The notes: generated by a model from the letters alone, not told the origin. DNA of 64,000 bases from an uncultured Alphaproteobacteria bacterium (GCA_963819665.1 CAWFXN010000005.1:12957-76956); one strand, 5' to 3'; shown: positions 40,817 through 54,895, counted from the stretch's first letter. A program made the numbers and translations.

Positions 40817-43014
40817 GTGCGAGGAACGGCGCTTTTTTGTGTTATTTTTTTATCCGCAATAGCCGTAATGACCGGCCCGGCACGCGCCGCCGAGACCGCC
40901 GCTCTTGTGATCGAGGCTGACAGACCTGCCGTCACGGTGACGCCCTCCGAGGCGCTTGGGGGCGGTCTCGACGGACATCACCACGAAGAGAGCGGCCTGA
41001 CATTCAAGCCCCAGACGCTGAAGGAACTCAAGGAGGCGCCCTTTTACAGTCTGGCCTATCGCCTGCGCACTGAACTTGGGGGAGAGGTCTGGCACTGGAA
41101 CGAGCAGGGAGTATGGAGTGACCCGGACCACGCCCAGGGCTACTGGACATCCAGCGCCACGTCCGAAAAGCCGATCCAGGTTTCCAACGGCTACAGGCTT
41201 CCGCGCCGGGGCAATACAAAGGATCAGGCCAATCATGACGGCTACTCCCGCCTTTCGGACGGCGATCCGGAAAGCTTCTGGAAGAGCAACCCCTACCTTG
41301 ACGCATTTTACACCGGAGAGGACAACGCGCTCTATCCCCAGTGGGTTCTTATCAATTTCCGGAAAGACGTACCCGTCAACGCGTTGCGTATCCTTTGGGC
41401 CGAGCCCTACGCAGTCGACTACGACGTTCAGTATTGGGAGGGCGAACCCGCCGAATACTACAAGGATATGCTGCGCGGCCGCTGGCGCATGTTTCCTCGC
41501 GGCGAGGTCAAGGGGGCAGTTGGCGGCGACGCCTTGCTTCGCCTCAGCGATGCTCCAATCAAGTCGGCCTATATTCGCATCCTTCTGAAGAAGGCTTCGG
41601 GAACGGCTCCGGCGGCGTCCGGCGATGTGCGCGACCGTCTCGGCTTCGCCATCCGCGAGCTATATGCGGGCGTCATCGATGCGAATGGCGCTCTTGCGGA
41701 CGCCATGACGCATGCCCCCGACGGGAAGAAGCAGAGCGAAGTCGTGACGTCCTCGACCGATCCCTGGCATCGCGCGGCAGACCGCGACCCGGATATCGAG
41801 CAGCCCGGCATCGATCGCTTAATAGCGGCCGGCCTGGCGCGCGGAAGGCCGATTTTGATGCCGGCCGGACTCCTCTACGACACGCCCGGCAATGTGGCGG
41901 CGGAGGTGCGTTTCCTGAAAGAGCGCGGCTACGATGTCAGGCAGATGGAACTCGGCGAGGAACCCGACGGCCAGAACATCTCGCCCGAGCATTATGGCGC
42001 GCTGTTCGTGCAGTTTGCCGACGCCATCCGCAAGGAGAATCCTGGCCTCGTCTTGGGCGGACCTGGCTTCCAGTCCGAGGTGGATGGCTGGAACAGTATA
42101 CCGGATAACGAGGGCAAGACATCATGGATGGGCCGTTTCCTGTCCTATCTGAAAAGCCGCCAGCGAGTGGCCGATTTCGGCTTTTTCTCTTTCGAGTGGT
42201 ATCCCTTCGATGATCTTTGCCAGGAAATGCCGCCGAAACAACTCGTTCGTCACCCCGCGCTCCTCGCTCAGACGCTTCGGCGGCTCGAGCAGGACGGCGT
42301 GCCCAAGGACATCCCCTGGATCATCACCGAGTATGGCTACTCTTCCTTCGCGGGGCAGGCGGAGGTGGAACTGCCGGCTGCGCTCCTGAATGCGGAGATC
42401 GTGCTGCAGTGGTTCATGGCAGGCGTTAAAGCGGCCTATCTTTATGGCATGGAGCCGGGCGAGCCCATCCTCGATGGGGCAAGGTGCGAAACCTGGGGCA
42501 ATCTCATGATGCTTGAGCAGAGGCCGGAAGGGCAGGCGAGTTGGAAATTGCCGACCTATTATGGGGCGCAGCTCTTGACGAAGGAGTTCTTCGGGGCCGC
42601 CGATGGCGAGCACATGCTTTATCCGGTGCACATTGGCGCGCCGAAGGATCAGCCGCCCACGCTCGCGGCTTATGCGGTTCGCCGCCCCGATGACCTTTGG
42701 GCCTTGCTGGTTCTCAACAAGGACCCTGCTCGGACGCAAAAATCTCGGCTCTGTTTGAAAGTGGCGGCTCAGCTCAAAGCAACTGGGTCGGGCCTCACGT
42801 GATCGTCCAATATTCGCCCGTCCCAGTATCGGTGGAAAGCAAACAAGGACGACGGCCAGCCTGCGTTTTCGAACCCTCCAGCCGAGAACCGAACCGAGAG
42901 CGCCAAGCCGCTTTCCGTGGTCTTGCCGCCGATGTCGATCACGGTCATCCGCGCTCCGCGAGGCAAGGAAACGGCTCTGAAAACCGAAGCTGCAAATTGA
43001 CGGGCCGGTTATAG
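40817..43014 (+). CDS. Exported glycoside-hydrolase-like (clan GH-A pattern) protein with discoidin/F5/8-type C domain (apparent frameshifts near 3' end)
   Basis: Signal peptide (ARA|A). Discoidin-like DGDPESFW...PQWVLINF...I.WAEPYAVDY.VQY...FAIRE. Putative acid/base ELGEEPDG and nucleophile WIITEYG; beta-rich C-tail. Confidence 0.7.
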
Positions 43015-43113
43015 GAATCGCCATAAGTCACTGACGTCCCGCCGCTGGCCGTATAAAAATTATTTGCTTGCTTAGTTATGGCCTTTTTACCAAACGAACC
43101 CAATCTTAACCGG

Positions 43114-43974
43114 TCATATACCCTTTAACAGGGAGACAGTCCTCGCCTTCGCAAGCTTGTCCAAATCCACAAGCTCCCGCAATAGCGCTTCGAGCGACGA
43201 GAGCGGCAGCATGTTCGGCCCATCGGACGGAGCGCGATCGGGGTCCTGATGCGTTTCGATAAAGACGGCGGCGACGCCAACCGCCACGGCCGCGCGCGCC
43301 AGCACCGGCACGAAGCGGCGCTCGCCGCCGCTGGCCGCGCCCTGCCCGCCGGGCTGTTGCACGGAGTGTGTGGCGTCGAAGACAACGGGGCACCCTGTTT
43401 CAGCAAGGATTGGAAGCGCGCGCATGTCAGATACGAGCGTGTTGTAGCCGAAGCTGACGCCGCGCTCCGTCACGATCACGTTGGCGTTGCCGGTCGAAAG
43501 CACCTTGGCGACCACATTCTTCATGTCCCAAGGCGCCAGAAACTGCCCTTTCTTGATCTTCACCACGCGCCCGGTTTCGGCGGCTGCGATGAGCAGATCG
43601 GTCTGCCTGCACAGGAACGCCGGGATCTGCAGCACGTCAACCGCTTCCGCCGCGGGGGCGCATTGCGAGGCGTCGTGAACGTCGGTGACGACCGGAAGGC
43701 CAAGCGTTTCTCGAATCTCCGCGAAGACCGGCAGCGCCGCTTTGAGCCCGACGCCGCGGGCGCTCTTGCCGCTTGTGCGATTCGCCTTGTCGAACGATGT
43801 CTTGAAGACAAGGCCGACGCCAAGGCGCGCGGCGATCTCTTTTAGCGCGGACGCCATTTCGAGGGCGTGCGCCCGGCTCTCGAGCTGGCACGGACCGGCG
43901 AAAAGCGCGAGCGGCAGAGCATTGCCGATGCGAACGGCGCCGGCCTCCACGATGGGGTTGGGTTCGACGGGCAT
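43114..43974 (-). CDS. kdsA: KDO8P synthase
   Basis: [46 protein letters not shown] and PSDGPN. Confidence 0.97.
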   Translation of the reverse strand: MPVEPNPIVEAGAVRIGNALPLALFAGPCQLESRAHALEMASALKEIAARLGVGLVFKTSFDKANRTSGKSARGVGLKAALPVFAEIRETLGLPVVTDVHDASQCAPAAEAVDVLQIPAFLCRQTDLLIAAAETGRVVKIKKGQFLAPWDMKNVVAKVLSTGNANVIVTERGVSFGYNTLVSDMRALPILAETGCPVVFDATHSVQQPGGQGAASGGERRFVPVLARAAVAVGVAAVFIETHQDPDRAPSDGPNMLPLSSLEALLRELVDLDKLAKARTVSLLKGI

Positions 43975-43975
43975 T

Positions 43976-45658
<1,683 letters not shown>

Positions 45659-45709
45659 TCAACGGTGGCATCGGCCGCAGGCGAGCGACCGGTCTTTCCG
45701 CATGTGCGC

Positions 45710-46153
45710 TTATTGCGACTGTGGAAGCTGTGGCAGCGCTGGGGTGGCTGGGGCCGGCGCGGGAGCTGCCGGGCTGGACGATTGGGACGGAGCCGTTTCC
45801 GGCTTGAGCTTCGGCAGCTTGAGCTGGGGAAGGCTGCTCGGCGCATTCTCTACAGGCGCCCCCTCCGAGGCTGGTGTGCTCTCCCCGGCAGGCGCTTTTG
45901 CCGGGGCGCCGACCACAGCCGACGACGGCTGAGCCCGATGCCCCAGCATGCCAAGCCCAATCGCCGCCAGGAAGAAAATCGCGGCGAGAATCGCGGTCGT
46001 CCTCGTCAGGAAATTAGCCGCGCCACGACCGGTCACCAAGCCGCCTCCACCGCCTCCCATGCCGAGTGCGCCACCCTCAGACCTTTGGAGAAGGATGAGC
46101 ACGATCATCGAGATCGCGGCCGTGATGTAAACGACAAGAAGGATGGTGCCCAT
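45710..46153 (-). CDS. secG: Preprotein translocase subunit SecG
   Basis: ILLQRSEGGALG...RGAANFLTRTT between two TMs; Pro/Ala-rich tail; canonical position upstream of pyrG. Confidence 0.93.
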   Translation of the reverse strand: MGTILLVVYITAAISMIVLILLQRSEGGALGMGGGGGGLVTGRGAANFLTRTTAILAAIFFLAAIGLGMLGHRAQPSSAVVGAPAKAPAGESTPASEGAPVENAPSSLPQLKLPKLKPETAPSQSSSPAAPAPAPATPALPQLPQSQ

Positions 46154-46242
46154 AGACTTTCTACCGGTCGAAATTGGGGGAAGTTGCCGTCATACATGAC
46201 CGGTTTCGGCGGCAAGTCAAGCCGTCAAAACCGGGTTGACCG

Positions 46243-46719
46243 CTAGCGTGAGCTTGCGGAGCTGGCTTCGGCTGGCCGCTTCGCCTTCTCGGGCGCCTTG
46301 GCCGCCTTGGGTTTGGGCGGCTTGGCGGGAGCGCTTTCACTGCGATCCTTCGCGCCGGATGCGGCATCGGCGGGCTTTGCGCCATTATCCTCGTCTTCGT
46401 CCTCAAGGTGCTTCAGATGCACGAGGGAACCCGGCGCGGAACAGCGGAACTTCATCTGCTCATCGAGATCGATATATTGCCGGACGAGGCCGAGATCGCC
46501 CGGCGAAAGGTGACCGGCTGCCCAGGCCGGTCCGTTTTCCATGAGCTTATCCACATCGAGCGCCCTCAAATTCTGCAACTCCTGGGCGAGTTTTGCACAG
46601 GCGCTCTTGTCCAGGGGGGATGCGCCTGCACAAACCGAGAGAAGAGCAGGAGCGCTTAAGGCAAGCGCACATGCCGCAAAACGAGATAACCGGGAATGAG
46701 AGGGCGCCGATGGGTTCAT
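46243..46719 (-). CDS. Hypothetical exported protein
   Basis: Starts immediately after the tpiA stop. Signal-like N-terminus, C...L..E...GPAWA...YIDLDEQMKFRC core and a Lys/Pro/Ala tail. Confidence 0.7.
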   Translation of the reverse strand: MNPSAPSHSRLSRFAACALALSAPALLSVCAGASPLDKSACAKLAQELQNLRALDVDKLMENGPAWAAGHLSPGDLGLVRQYIDLDEQMKFRCSAPGSLVHLKHLEDEDEDNGAKPADAASGAKDRSESAPAKPPKPKAAKAPEKAKRPAEASSASSR

Positions 46720-46720
46720 A

Positions 46721-47509
46721 TCAAGCCTTCCCGGATTTCGCGGAACGCTGCTCCGAGGCCGCCTTGGCGGCGGCGATGATCGCAAGGAAGGAAGGCGCGG
46801 TCAAACTGGCGCCGCCGACGAGAACGCCGTCGACCTCGTCGCTCTCGAAGATCGATGCGGCGTTCGCGGCTGTGACGGATCCGCCGTAAAGCACGCGCCA
46901 ACGCTTGCCAGCGCTTTCAGGGAAGCGTTTGTGGAGTTCACTTCGCACGACCTCATGAATGGCGGTTATATCCGGTGTCGTGGGGGATAAACCGGTGCCG
47001 ATCGCCCATACGGGTTCATAGGCGATGATAACGGTGTCAGGCGTGCTCTCTGCCGGCACGCTCCCCGCGAGTTGCCGGGCGCACACGTCGGCGGCAAGCC
47101 CCGCGACACGCTCGTCCTTGGTCTCGCCGATGCAGATGACGACTTTCAGTCCCGTCTTCAGCGCCGCTAAGGCTTTTGTGTGCACATCACTGTTCGTCTC
47201 GCCATGGCCGGCCCGCCTCTCACTGTGACCGACGATCACGGCCGTGGCCCCGGCGTCCTTCAAAATCGGCGCTGAGAGGTCGCCCGTGAACGCTCCCTTT
47301 GGCTGAGCATGACAGTCCTGTGCGCCAATTTCCACCGGCGATCCCTTGGCCAGCGATGCCGCTTGATGCAAAAGCGTCGCGGGCGGAAAGATCGCGACAT
47401 CCGGCCCCGCAGAGGTAATCCCGTCCCTGATCGATTCGATTTCCTTGAGGTCCGCCTGCAATCCGTTCATTTTCCAGTTGCCTGCGACGTAAGGTTTCGG
47501 TTCCGTCAT
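46721..47509 (-). CDS. tpiA: Triosephosphate isomerase
   Basis: AGNWKMN, GHSERR, AYEPVWAIGTG, LYGGSV and LVGGASL. Confidence 0.97.
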   Translation of the reverse strand: MTEPKPYVAGNWKMNGLQADLKEIESIRDGITSAGPDVAIFPPATLLHQAASLAKGSPVEIGAQDCHAQPKGAFTGDLSAPILKDAGATAVIVGHSERRAGHGETNSDVHTKALAALKTGLKVVICIGETKDERVAGLAADVCARQLAGSVPAESTPDTVIIAYEPVWAIGTGLSPTTPDITAIHEVVRSELHKRFPESAGKRWRVLYGGSVTAANAASIFESDEVDGVLVGGASLTAPSFLAIIAAAKAASEQRSAKSGKA

Positions 47510-47678
47510 CTCATCTCCCTGACCGGGGCGGCTTCGCCCACGAATTTGTTGAAGCATCCTATCAGCGCATTGCGCGCACGTCTTTATTCTCTAAATTACC
47601 CCAACGCGGACCCTGCAAGAAATGGCCGCCGGAATCAAGGCCGGCTTTATCTTAAGCGTGTAAGGACACCCACCTCCT

Positions 47679-49581
47679 ATGATGCATATGCTTCGGAAAG
47701 CAGCTGCTTTCATCATGTTCGCTATCCTCATTGGCGCGTTTGCGATCAGCATGGGCGGAAACAATTATTTCGACCGTTACAGGCAGCAGACAGTCGCGAA
47801 AGTCGGATCCGAGGCTATCACTCCCGAACAATTCCGCCGCTCCTATCAAAGGGTGATCGAGAATCTAAGTCAAAGGGCCGGACGCCGCATCCCCGCTCAG
47901 GAAGCGAAAGCATTCGGTTTGCCCAACCGGGTTCTGCAGGGGCTCATCCAGGATGCAGCGGTCGATCTTGAATGCTCAGAAACTTGGGCTTGGATTGTCT
48001 GAGGCAGGTCTGCGGCAGGCGATCACCAATACGCCGATGTTCCAGGATCCTCCCGGGACCTTCAGCCCGAAGAAATATGAACAGTTTTTGCAGCAGATCG
48101 GCTATGCCGCCCCATTCTTCGAGCAGGAATACAAGGGCGATCTGATCCGGCGGCAGATTCAGGGCATTTTTGACAAGAGCGGCGTCACGTCGAAAGCTTT
48201 GCTGGAAGCCTATAACCGATACAGCAATGAGCAGCGGACGCTTGCTTACTTTACCCTCCGAGCCGACGCGGCAGGCGCGATCGAGGCTCCCACCGAAGAG
48301 ATGCTGAAGAGTTACTATGATGAGCGCAAGGCGCAGTTCATGGCGCCGGAACTGCGAAAAGCCACCGTACTCGCCATCACGCCGCAGTCTGTCGCGAACC
48401 AAATCACCGTCTCCGAAGACGAACTCAAGGCGGAATACGCAGCCAAGGCCGCGAATTACGCTATTCCCGAGCGCCGGAAGATCGAACTCATTCCTTTCAA
48501 GACAAAAGCGGCCGCCGCTGCCGCCTACCAGGAGCTGAAAGCCGGGAAGGACTTCCTCGACGTGGCCAAGGAGGCGGGCTTCAAACAGCCTGAACTCGAT
48601 ATCGGGCTTGTGTCCAAGAAGGAGTTCTCCCAGAAATTCGCCACGAGCCCCGCCATCCTCGATGAGGCCTTCACAACAGACAAAGGGTGGGTCAGCAGGC
48701 CAGTCGATGGCCCGCTCTCCACGGTGATCATGCGCGTTCTGGAAGTCATCCCTGGCCAGGAGAAGACCTTCGATGAGGTCAAGGAGCAAATCCGCGCCGA
48801 CCTTGTGAAGGCTCGCGCCACGGCAGAAAATGCCAGGCTCATCAAGGCTTTTGAAGAGGACCGCGCCACCGGAATAGTGCTTGCTGACAGCGCAAAGAAG
48901 CTTAATCTTCCACTCGATGTCGTCACGTTTGACCGCACGGGCAAAGGCGCGGATGGCAAGGCCATCGAGTTGCCTGGCATTCCGATCGCAACGCTGGTCG
49001 AAGCAGCATTCAAGTCCGATGTCGGCGTCGAAAACGAAGCTCTGCGCCTGCCAAGCGGAGGCTATGCCTGGTATGAAGTGCAGGATATCGTGAAGCCCAG
49101 ACAGAAGCCGCTCGATGAGGTGAAGGCTGATGTGGAGGCCGCTTGGCGCAGAGAGCAGATCCAAACCAGGCTGGCCGAGAAGGCTCGCGATCTCGTGGCG
49201 CGCCTCAACCACGGCGAGCCGATCGCCGATGTCGCGAAAGGTGTTGGCGCCGAGGTCAAGACAAGCCAGCCTTTGAAGCGCGAGGGATCGGAAGAGGGGA
49301 TTCCGCCGGCCGCGATCGCGCAGGCTTTTACGCTCAACGAGCATGGAGCGGGGTCAGCCTCGGAAGGCGAGTCCCGTGTCATATTCGAGGTCGAGAAAAT
49401 AACGCTGCCTGCGCCGCTGAACGAGATTCAGGCTCGCGGGCTGGAGCAGCAGCTCGGGAGACAAATCGCTGAGGATAATTACTCGGGATATCTGGGCGGC
49501 ATCATGAAGACGGCCGGCGTCTCTGTTGACCAGAAGAGCTTCTCCGCCGTGTCAGGGGGCTCCTATGAAGGCGGTGAATAG
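47679..49581 (+). CDS. ppiD: PpiD/SurA-like periplasmic chaperone (apparent frameshift ~47975)
   Basis: N-terminal TM anchor, VAKVG...I, YY..K..F..PE.R and a degenerate parvulin region; conserved position between tpiA and trpE. Confidence 0.85.
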
Positions 49582-49650
49582 ATTTCGATGGCGTCTCTCT
49601 TTGCGTTGATTGAGCCAAGAGACACGCAACTTCACGAGATCGCAAATCCA

Positions 49651-51169
49651 ATGAAGGTTGACCCTTCGTCTTCCGAGTTCTCCGCACGCTATGGCGCCGG
49701 TGAGGCCCAGCTTGTTTCAACACGCCTTGTCGCGGACCTTGAGACGCCAGTTGCGGCGATGCTGAAACTCGCAGCGGATCGCCCTTATTCCTTTCTCCTT
49801 GAATCTGTCGAGGGCGGCGCGGTGCGCGGCCGCTACTCCATCATCGGCCTCGACCCCGACATTCTGTGGCGCGCGCACGGAAATCGCGCGGAAATCAACG
49901 CTTCACCCCTCGAGGACATGTCGGCGTATCGCCCATGCGAGGGAGGCGCCTTGAGCGCCTTGCGAGCGCTTCTAAAGGCATCCCGCGTCGATGTCCCTGA
50001 GCATCTGCCGCCGATGTCTGCGGGTATCTTTGGCTATCTGGGTTATGACACGGTGCGCCTCGTTGAGCGCCTGCCCACGGAAAAGCCTGATCCCATCGGC
50101 GTGCCCGATGCGCTTCTCATGCGGCCTACGATCATGGTCATCTTCGACGCCGTGAAGGACGAGATGACAATCGTCACCACCGTCCGGCCGCAAAAGACTA
50201 TCTCCGCTAAAACAGCGTATTCGCGCGCCATCGACCGGCTGACGCAGATCCAGGATACTCTCGAAACGAAAAGCGCACACGCTTCCTCCGTCAACGAGTT
50301 CGAAGCCGTGTTCGCGTCGGCGACATCGAACATGGCGCCGGAAGACTACATGGGCATGGTTTCGCGAGCGAAGGACTACATCGGCGCAGGCGACATTTTC
50401 CAGGTCGTGCTTTCGCAGCGGTTCGCCACGAGGTTCGATCTGCAGCCCTTTGCCCTTTACCGCGCCTTGCGGCGGATCAATCCTGCGCCGTTCCTTTATT
50501 TCCTGAACTTCGGGAACTTCGCTGTTGCAGGCTCCAGCCCAGAAATCCTGGTGCGGGTCCGCGAGGGTGAGATTACAATCCGGCCGATCGCGGGCACGCG
50601 GCCCAGAGGCGCGACGCCGGAAGAGGATAAGCGTCTCGCCGCCGAGCTTCTCGCCGACACGAAGGAGCGCGCCGAGCATTTGATGCTGCTCGATCTCGGC
50701 CGCAACGATGTGGGCCGTGTCGCGGAAACGTCTTCGGTGCGCGTCACCGACAGCTTCTTCCTCGAGTACTACAGCCAGGTCATGCACATCGTCTCCAACG
50801 TGGCGGGGCGGCTCGATGCGAAACACGACTCTATCGATGCCCTTATGGCCGGCTTTCCGGCAGGCACCGTATCGGGCGCGCCGAAAGTGCGCGCCATGGA
50901 GATCATCGACGAACTCGAGCCCGAAAAACGCGGGATCTATGCGGGCTGCATCGGATACTTCGCCGCGAACGGGGAAATGGATACCTGCATTGCGCTTCGC
51001 ACCGCCATTGTGAAAGATGGCATGATGTACGTTCAGGCCGGCGCAGGCATTGTCGCAGATTCTCGTTCCCGCATCTGAGCAGGCGGAATGCGAGAACAAG
51101 GCGCGTGCGCTGTTCCGGGCTGCGGAAGAAGCGGTGCGGTTTGCCGGACGAGCGGGCCGGGGACAGTAG
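49651..51169 (+). CDS. trpE: Anthranilate synthase component I (apparent frameshift ~51060)
   Basis: DLETP, LLESVEGG..RGRYS, GDIFQVV.S, SSPE, PIAGT, EHLMLLDLGRND and GTVSGAPK. The shifted tail EQAECENKARALFRAAE...GQ* ends at 51169. Confidence 0.96.
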
Positions 51170-51189
51170 CGCCGGAGTAGGATTGTCCA

Positions 51190-51729
51190 ATGAAGACGGT
51201 GACACTCTTTCGCCACGCCAAGTCCGGTGAGAAGGCCAATCCGCTCATCCGCGATTTCGATCGCCCCTTGTCGAATCGCGGTCTCAAAGCCGCGCCGAAA
51301 ATGGGCGCGGCGATGCGCGAACGGCATTTGCGCCCCACTCTGATTTTGTGCTCGCCTTCGGTGCGCACGCTCCAGACGCTGACGCTTGCCTCGACCGAAG
51401 CGTGGGATAATCCGCCAAAGGTTCGCCTCGACAAAAGGTTATACGAGGCAAGCGCGCAAACCATTCTCGAGGTTCTAAAAGAGGTTTCGGAGGATGCGGA
51501 CCACGTCATGGTCGTCGGCCACAACCCCGGCATGCAAGACTTTGCAGTCATGCTTTCGGTCAGCGGCAGAGAGCGGCAGCAACTCAAGGACAAATTGCCG
51601 ACAGCTTCTGTTGTGACTCTGGAGTTTGACGAAGAGCTTTGGAAGGATTTGCAGCCGGCGACCGGACATGTCGTGCTGTACATGTCGCCGAAAACACTTC
51701 CGCCTGCGGGCCGAGGACAAGAACAGTGA
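51190..51729 (+). CDS. sixA: Histidine phosphatase family protein, SixA-like
   Basis: RHAKS, DFDRPL..RG, SPSVRT.QT and VGHNPG. Confidence 0.88.
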   Translation: MKTVTLFRHAKSGEKANPLIRDFDRPLSNRGLKAAPKMGAAMRERHLRPTLILCSPSVRTLQTLTLASTEAWDNPPKVRLDKRLYEASAQTILEVLKEVSEDADHVMVVGHNPGMQDFAVMLSVSGRERQQLKDKLPTASVVTLEFDEELWKDLQPATGHVVLYMSPKTLPPAGRGQEQ

Positions 51730-52370
51730 TTACGATCATCGATAATTACGACAGCTTCACCTACAATCTCGTCCATTATTTTGGCGATCTTGGCGTCGAT
51801 GCGCGCGTCTATCGCAACGACGAGAAAACGGCGGCAGCGGTGCTGGAGGAGAAGCCCGACGCGATCGTTATGTCGCCGGGTCCGTGCACGCCGGACGAGG
51901 CCGGTATCTGCCTTGCCCTCGTGAAGGAGAACAAGGGGCGCATTCCGCTACTGGGCGTTTGCCTGGGCCACCAAACTATCGGGCAGGCATTCGGAGGGCG
52001 CGTGATCCGCGCTCCGGTGCTGATGCATGGCAAGCTCTCGAAAATCCACCACGAGGGAACGAGCCTCTTCCGAGGGTTGCCGAACGCCTTCGAGGCGACG
52101 CGCTACCATTCGCTGATTGTTGAGGCGGATACTCTTCCGGCCTGCCTTACGGTAACGGCGCGCACATCCGATGGCCTCATCATGGCGCTCGAGCATCGCA
52201 GCGAGCCGACGTTCGGCGTTCAGTTTCATCCCGAAAGCATCGCGAGCGCGAACGGTCACGCGATCCTGGCGAACTTCCTCACGCTGGCAGGCGTGCGCTG
52301 GTCGCCGCGAAAACAGGGACTCGTTCCGCCTGCGCTTGAGCATGCCTCCGGGCAGGCGGCCGTGGCTTGA
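51726..52370 (+). CDS. trpG: Anthranilate synthase component II (glutamine amidotransferase)
   Basis: IDNYDSFTYNL, SPGPCTP, GVCLGHQ, RYHSL and QFHPES; GTG start overlaps the sixA stop. Confidence 0.95.
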   Translation: MITIIDNYDSFTYNLVHYFGDLGVDARVYRNDEKTAAAVLEEKPDAIVMSPGPCTPDEAGICLALVKENKGRIPLLGVCLGHQTIGQAFGGRVIRAPVLMHGKLSKIHHEGTSLFRGLPNAFEATRYHSLIVEADTLPACLTVTARTSDGLIMALEHRSEPTFGVQFHPESIASANGHAILANFLTLAGVRWSPRKQGLVPPALEHASGQAAVA

Positions 52371-52378
52371 GCCAGACG

Positions 52379-53459
52379 ATGCAAAATACGCCCAAGGCCG
52401 TTCTCGCGGCTGTATTTCGGCCTCATTTCGAGAAAGCTGCGTCAGGATTCCTGCCTTTCCGAGGAGGAGGCGCGAGAGGCGTTCACCTGCATCATGCAGG
52501 GTGCTGTTTCCGACATTGAACTGGCCGGATTTCTCATGGCGTTGAAGGCGCGCGGGGAGACGGTCGACGAAATCGCGGGCGCAGTCGCTGCCATGAAGAC
52601 GCTCATGACGCCTGTGACTGCTCCCGAAGGGGCCATCGACATTGTCGGGACGGGCGGCGACGCGAAGGGTACGTTCAATATTTCAACGGCGGCCTCGTTT
52701 GTTCTGGCCGGCGCGGGCGTTCCGGTGGCGAAGCACGGGAACCGGGCGGTGTCCTCGAAATCCGGCGCGGCGGATGTGCTCGAAATGCTGGGCGTCACGA
52801 TCAAGATGCCTTCAGAGCGCATCGCGCAATGTTTCGAGCGTGCCGGCGTCGCCTTTCTCTGGGCGCCGACCCACCACCCGGCAATGCGCCATGCGGCCTC
52901 GGTGCGCCAGGGCCTCAAGCTTCGGACGATTTTCAATCTTCTCGGGCCGCTTCTCAATCCAGCGGGGACGAAACGGCAGTTGATCGGCGCCTATTCGGAT
53001 GCGTGGCTCATGCCGATGGCGGAGGTGCTAAAGCGGGGTGGGGCGGAACATGTATGGGCCGTTCACGGAGCCGATGGCATGGATGAGCTGTCCACGACTG
53101 GCGTCAGCCGCGTGGTCGAACTAAAGGGCGGCAGGTTCTCTTCCTTTGAGGTTCATCCAAGCGACGCGGGTTTGCCTGCAGCGCGCCTGTCCGATCTGGA
53201 GGGTGGATCGCCCAAGGACAGCGCCATTGCTATGCGGGACCTTCTGCGCGGGAAGCCTGGACCATTTCGGGACATCGTTCTCCTGAATGCGGCCGCCGCC
53301 TTTATCATCGCGGGAAAGGCCGCTTCTCTCAAAGAGGGCGCGCGCCTTGCCGCCGCATCGATCGACGGAGGCGGGGCCCAGAAAGCGCTCGATGCCCTGA
53401 TCTTGGCGAGCACGGATGCCGCCGCTGCGCAACCAGAATTAGCAGTCGATGCAAAGTAA
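52379..53459 (+). CDS. trpD: Anthranilate phosphoribosyltransferase (apparent frameshift ~52450)
   Basis: DIVGTGGD, FNIST, KHGNR.VSS.SG.AD, RTIFN.LGPL.NP and DGMDE. Confidence 0.95.
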
Positions 53460-53576
53460 TGTTAAATTGCAATCTTCGAGTGCTCGCTATGAAAAACGCT
53501 TGAGCGATGGCGGTGTTCTGCGATCTGATGGGCGCCACAGCCCGTTCCTGAGAGCATTAGAAAAAACGGTGGCGCT

Positions 53577-54398
53577 ATGAGCATTCTCGACCGCATTGTC
53601 GCCTATAAAAAGGAAGAAGTCGCAGCCGCCAAGGCAAGAACGCCTTTGGCCGAGCTTGAGGAGAGGGCTTCCGCCGCGCCGTGTTTGCGCGACTTCTTTG
53701 GCGCCCTGTCGAGAAAATGCGCCCGCGCCGAACCGGGCCTCATCGCGGAAGTGAAAAAGGCAAGCCCCTCCCGCGGGCTGATCCGCCCAGATTTCGATCC
53801 CGCGGCAATAGCCAAGGCCTATGAGCGCGGAGGAGCGGCCTGTCTTTCGGTTCTGACAGACGGCCCGTCCTTCCAAGGCTCGCCCGAAGCGCTGGTCGCG
53901 GCGCGAAAGGCGACGCGCCTGCCGGTTCTTCGCAAAGATTTTATGGTCGATCCCTATCAGGTCGCGGAGGCCCGCGCCATGGGCGCCGACTGCATTCTTA
54001 TCATCATGGCATGCACTTCCGACGGGCTTTCAAGCGAGCTTTTCTCGACCGCTCGAGCCATGGATATGTCGGTGCTTGTCGAGGTTCACAATCAGGAGGA
54101 ACTCGAGCGCGCGCTTATGCTGAACGCCTGGCTGATCGGGATCAACAACCGCGATCTCAACACGTTCGAGACGCATCTCGAAACAACCGAAGAGCTGGCG
54201 CTGCTGGTCCCGCCAGGCCGCATTATTGTTTCAGAGAGCGGGATCTTCACGCCGTCCGACATCACGCGGCTGACGCGGGCCGGCGCCAGCGCATTCCTCG
54301 TTGGCGAAAGCTTGATGCGGCAACCGGATATCGAAGGTGCGACACGCGCGCTTCTCTCGTCCGCAATTGAGCGGGAAAGGCAGGTCGCCAACGCATGA
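53577..54398 (+). CDS. trpC: Indole-3-glycerol-phosphate synthase
   Basis: [35 protein letters not shown] and LVGESLM. Confidence 0.97.
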   Translation: MSILDRIVAYKKEEVAAAKARTPLAELEERASAAPCLRDFFGALSRKCARAEPGLIAEVKKASPSRGLIRPDFDPAAIAKAYERGGAACLSVLTDGPSFQGSPEALVAARKATRLPVLRKDFMVDPYQVAEARAMGADCILIIMACTSDGLSSELFSTARAMDMSVLVEVHNQEELERALMLNAWLIGINNRDLNTFETHLETTEELALLVPPGRIIVSESGIFTPSDITRLTRAGASAFLVGESLMRQPDIEGATRALLSSAIERERQVANA

Positions 54399-54895
54399 GC
54401 GAGCTGTCCCATATCAACGCCAAGGGCGAGGCGTCCATGGTCGATGTGGCCGGCAAGGCGGTCACGGAAAGAGTTGCCGTGGCCGAAGGCTATGTGGTGA
54501 TGGAGCGCGGCACGCTGCGCCTGATTGAAGAGGGGGATGCGCCAAAAGGCGATGTGCTCGCCGCGGCTCGCATAGCAGGCATCATGGCGGCGAAACGTAC
54601 GTCCGACTTCATTCCGCTCTGCCATCCCCTGGCCCTGACAAAGGTGCAAGTTGATTTCGAATTGTCACCTGCGCTGCCGGGCGTGCGTGTCGAGGCGATG
54701 GCAAAGGCCATTGGCCAGACGGGCGTGGAGATGGAAGCGTTGACGGCGGTGTCGGTGGCTTGCCTCACGCTCTATGACATGCTGAAAGCGCGGGACAAGG
54801 GGATGCGTATCGAGGGCATGCGCCTCTTGTCCAAGACGGGCGGCAAATCTGGCGACTACCACGCTCCTCCTTTGGATCGCAAGGGGCCGTCATGA
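54395..54895 (+). CDS. moaC: Cyclic pyranopterin monophosphate synthase
   Basis: [29 protein letters not shown] and KTGGKSG. Confidence 0.97.
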   Translation: MSELSHINAKGEASMVDVAGKAVTERVAVAEGYVVMERGTLRLIEEGDAPKGDVLAAARIAGIMAAKRTSDFIPLCHPLALTKVQVDFELSPALPGVRVEAMAKAIGQTGVEMEALTAVSVACLTLYDMLKARDKGMRIEGMRLLSKTGGKSGDYHAPPLDRKGPS

